A DNA stretch of 64,000 bases, from positions 53,137 through 117,136 of the forward strand of contig JAQBVF010000008.1 in NCBI GenBank assembly GCA_027623675.1. Direction: 5' to 3'. A program made the translations under genes and the position numbers. Of the stretch, positions 62,278 through 64,000 are shown piece after piece (the stretch's first letter is position 1; each line of letters begins with the position of its first letter). Under the pieces are notes generated by a model. The model was given only the letters and a program-made list of their open reading frames with translations, was not told where the DNA came from and did not search any database. The DNA comes from Chloroflexota bacterium. GTDB lineage: Bacteria > Chloroflexota > Dehalococcoidia > Lucifugimonadales > UBA3495.

Positions 62278-62302
62278 CTGACCGTTGATATAGGAGTGAG
62301 CA

Positions 62303-62668
62303 ATGCCTAGATTCGTGCACGTATACACCGGACCCGATGGGAACTCCGTGGTCGATGAGAGGGAGTTTGAGATGACCGAGTTTCTTGATTCGGAGGGCGC
62401 TCACGGCTTGGCGTCACCCATCGAGCAGACCCCCGGGATATCCTTCCGCCAGTATGAGGCGGGATATTTTCTGGACTTTCACACCGCGCCCCGGCGGCAG
62501 TACAGCATCTCCCTCACCGGCTCCATCGAACTGGGCACGCCCGACGGCACGGTGAAGCAGTATGGCCCCGGCACGGTGCTGTTGGCTGAGGACAAGACCG
62601 GGACGGGCCATTCGACCCGCGTGATCGGCGACGAGCCCAGGTTCGCCATCATCATCCCTCTGGAATAA
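62303..62668 (+). CDS. Cupin-like protein
   Basis: FHTAPRRQY, GPGTVLLAEDKTGTGH. Confidence 0.75.
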   Translation: MPRFVHVYTGPDGNSVVDEREFEMTEFLDSEGAHGLASPIEQTPGISFRQYEAGYFLDFHTAPRRQYSISLTGSIELGTPDGTVKQYGPGTVLLAEDKTGTGHSTRVIGDEPRFAIIIPLE

Positions 62669-62696
62669 ATCACGACTGCTGATCGGAGAAGCCAAT

Positions 62697-63902
62697 ATGA
62701 CCCAGCCACACCTGCTACAGGGTGAGTTCAACCCTGCCGTTCCCACTCGGATAGTTTTTGGCCAGGGCAGATACGCCTCGCTGCGAGAAGAGGTCCAAGC
62801 CTTGGGCGGCAAGCGGGCGCTGGTCTTGTCGGGCCGCACCGTTGCCGATAAGACCGACTCGGTCCGCCGGGTCGTGGATAGCTTGGGCGATCTATCGGCT
62901 GGGGTCTATTCATCGTTGACCCAGCGGGCGCCGCTTGCCACCGCCGTTGAGGCCGCCAACATGGCGGTGGCCAACGGCGTCGACACCCTGGTCGGGGTGG
63001 GCGGCAGCACAATATCCGACGCCGCCCGCATGATCGCCGTTCTAATGGCGGAGGGCATCACCACGGCAGACCAACTCCGCAGGTTGGGTCAAGAGCAGGA
63101 CCTGATGCTGACGCCCAACCTGGACGGCAAAGCCCTGCCGCTGCAGGTCTCCATCCCGACCACCCTTTCGGCCGGCGAGTTCAACATGGGCGGGGGCAAT
63201 GTGCTGGACGACCAGGCGGGCCACAAGATTCGGGTTCGCCATCCCCGGCTCTATTCCCACCTGATCCTGTTGGACCCGGTGATGACCGAGGGCACGCCCG
63301 ACTGGCTCTGGCTGTCCACCGGGGTCAAAGCGCTGGACCACTGTATCGAGCGTCTCTACACGTCGGGTAACCAGCCGGCTATCGACGCACCGATCCTGGC
63401 CGCCGCCGAGATTCTGTTTAAGCACCTGCCCGTCTCCCGCGAGTCGGACAACGACCAAGAAGCCCGCTTGCAGTGCCTGGTGGCCGCTTGGATGTCCATG
63501 ATGGGCGCACCCAACTTCGCAACCGGGCTTAGCCATGCCATCGGGCACATCATTGGGGTGCATTACTCGGTGGGTCACGGCTACACATCATGCGTTACCC
63601 AACCCTATGTCATGGAGTTCAACCGCCCGGTCTCGGCCCACAAGCTGGCCCTTTTGGCGCGCTCAGCCGGACTGGACACTACCGGCATGAGTGACGATGC
63701 CGCTGCCCAGGCTGCGGCACAGGCGGTGGACGGATTCATACTCGGACTGGGCATGCCCCACCGCATACGGGAACTGGAGATACCGGAAGAGGACCTGCCC
63801 AAGATCGCCGAACTGGTCTTAACCGACGGCGGTTGCCGCAACAACCCCATCCCCATTACCTCAGCGGACCAGGTGATGGAGGTTCTGAGAAAGGCTTTCT
63901 AG
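62697..63902 (+). CDS. Iron-containing alcohol dehydrogenase family protein
   Basis: VGGSTISDAA, IPTTLSAGE, LDP, KALDHCIE, GLSHAIGH..G...HG. Confidence 0.9.
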   Translation: MTQPHLLQGEFNPAVPTRIVFGQGRYASLREEVQALGGKRALVLSGRTVADKTDSVRRVVDSLGDLSAGVYSSLTQRAPLATAVEAANMAVANGVDTLVGVGGSTISDAARMIAVLMAEGITTADQLRRLGQEQDLMLTPNLDGKALPLQVSIPTTLSAGEFNMGGGNVLDDQAGHKIRVRHPRLYSHLILLDPVMTEGTPDWLWLSTGVKALDHCIERLYTSGNQPAIDAPILAAAEILFKHLPVSRESDNDQEARLQCLVAAWMSMMGAPNFATGLSHAIGHIIGVHYSVGHGYTSCVTQPYVMEFNRPVSAHKLALLARSAGLDTTGMSDDAAAQAAAQAVDGFILGLGMPHRIRELEIPEEDLPKIAELVLTDGGCRNNPIPITSADQVMEVLRKAF

Positions 63903-63945
63903 GTTCGGTGAGCCAACGGCGGCTATGCCCTTCGACGGGGCTCAG

Positions 63946-64000
63946 CAACTGTCTTGGATGTCAAGGCGTTTGAAGGCTTGGCTGCCAATCTCGGCCGTGT
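63946..64000 (-). mobile_element. Second IS110 copy (right end and last codons of the recombinase), cut by the window edge
   Basis: 55/55 nt identical to 50085-50139; preceded by the repeat half CCCTTCGACGGGGCTC and the AG core (63944-45). Confidence 0.92.

Overview
GC-rich bacterial chromosomal window. The gene content suggests Chloroflexota, probably a Dehalococcoidia/SAR202-like lineage (inference from paralogous luciferase-like monooxygenases, extradiol dioxygenases, CoA-transferases, TPP enzymes and amidohydrolases). It carries housekeeping genes (2-oxoacid oxidoreductase alpha, lpdA, tatA/B/C, an RlmD-Maf fusion, trxA, tRNA-Sec, a 2-oxoacid dehydrogenase E1a/E1b/E2 operon, dnaA, thiI) and many catabolic enzymes. 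The highlight is a complete ~1.14 kb IS110 element (50085-51222, minus strand) inserted at a CT core inside a REP-like repeat. Its non-coding left end reads as a compact bridge RNA whose four guide segments match its own target and its circle-junction donor. Circularisation would also build a TTGACA-N17-TATCTT promoter. A second copy with an identical end begins at 63946 in the same repeat family, and empty near-cognate targets exist in the window. No CRISPR array or rRNA was seen. All family calls come from motif recognition by eye, not database searches.
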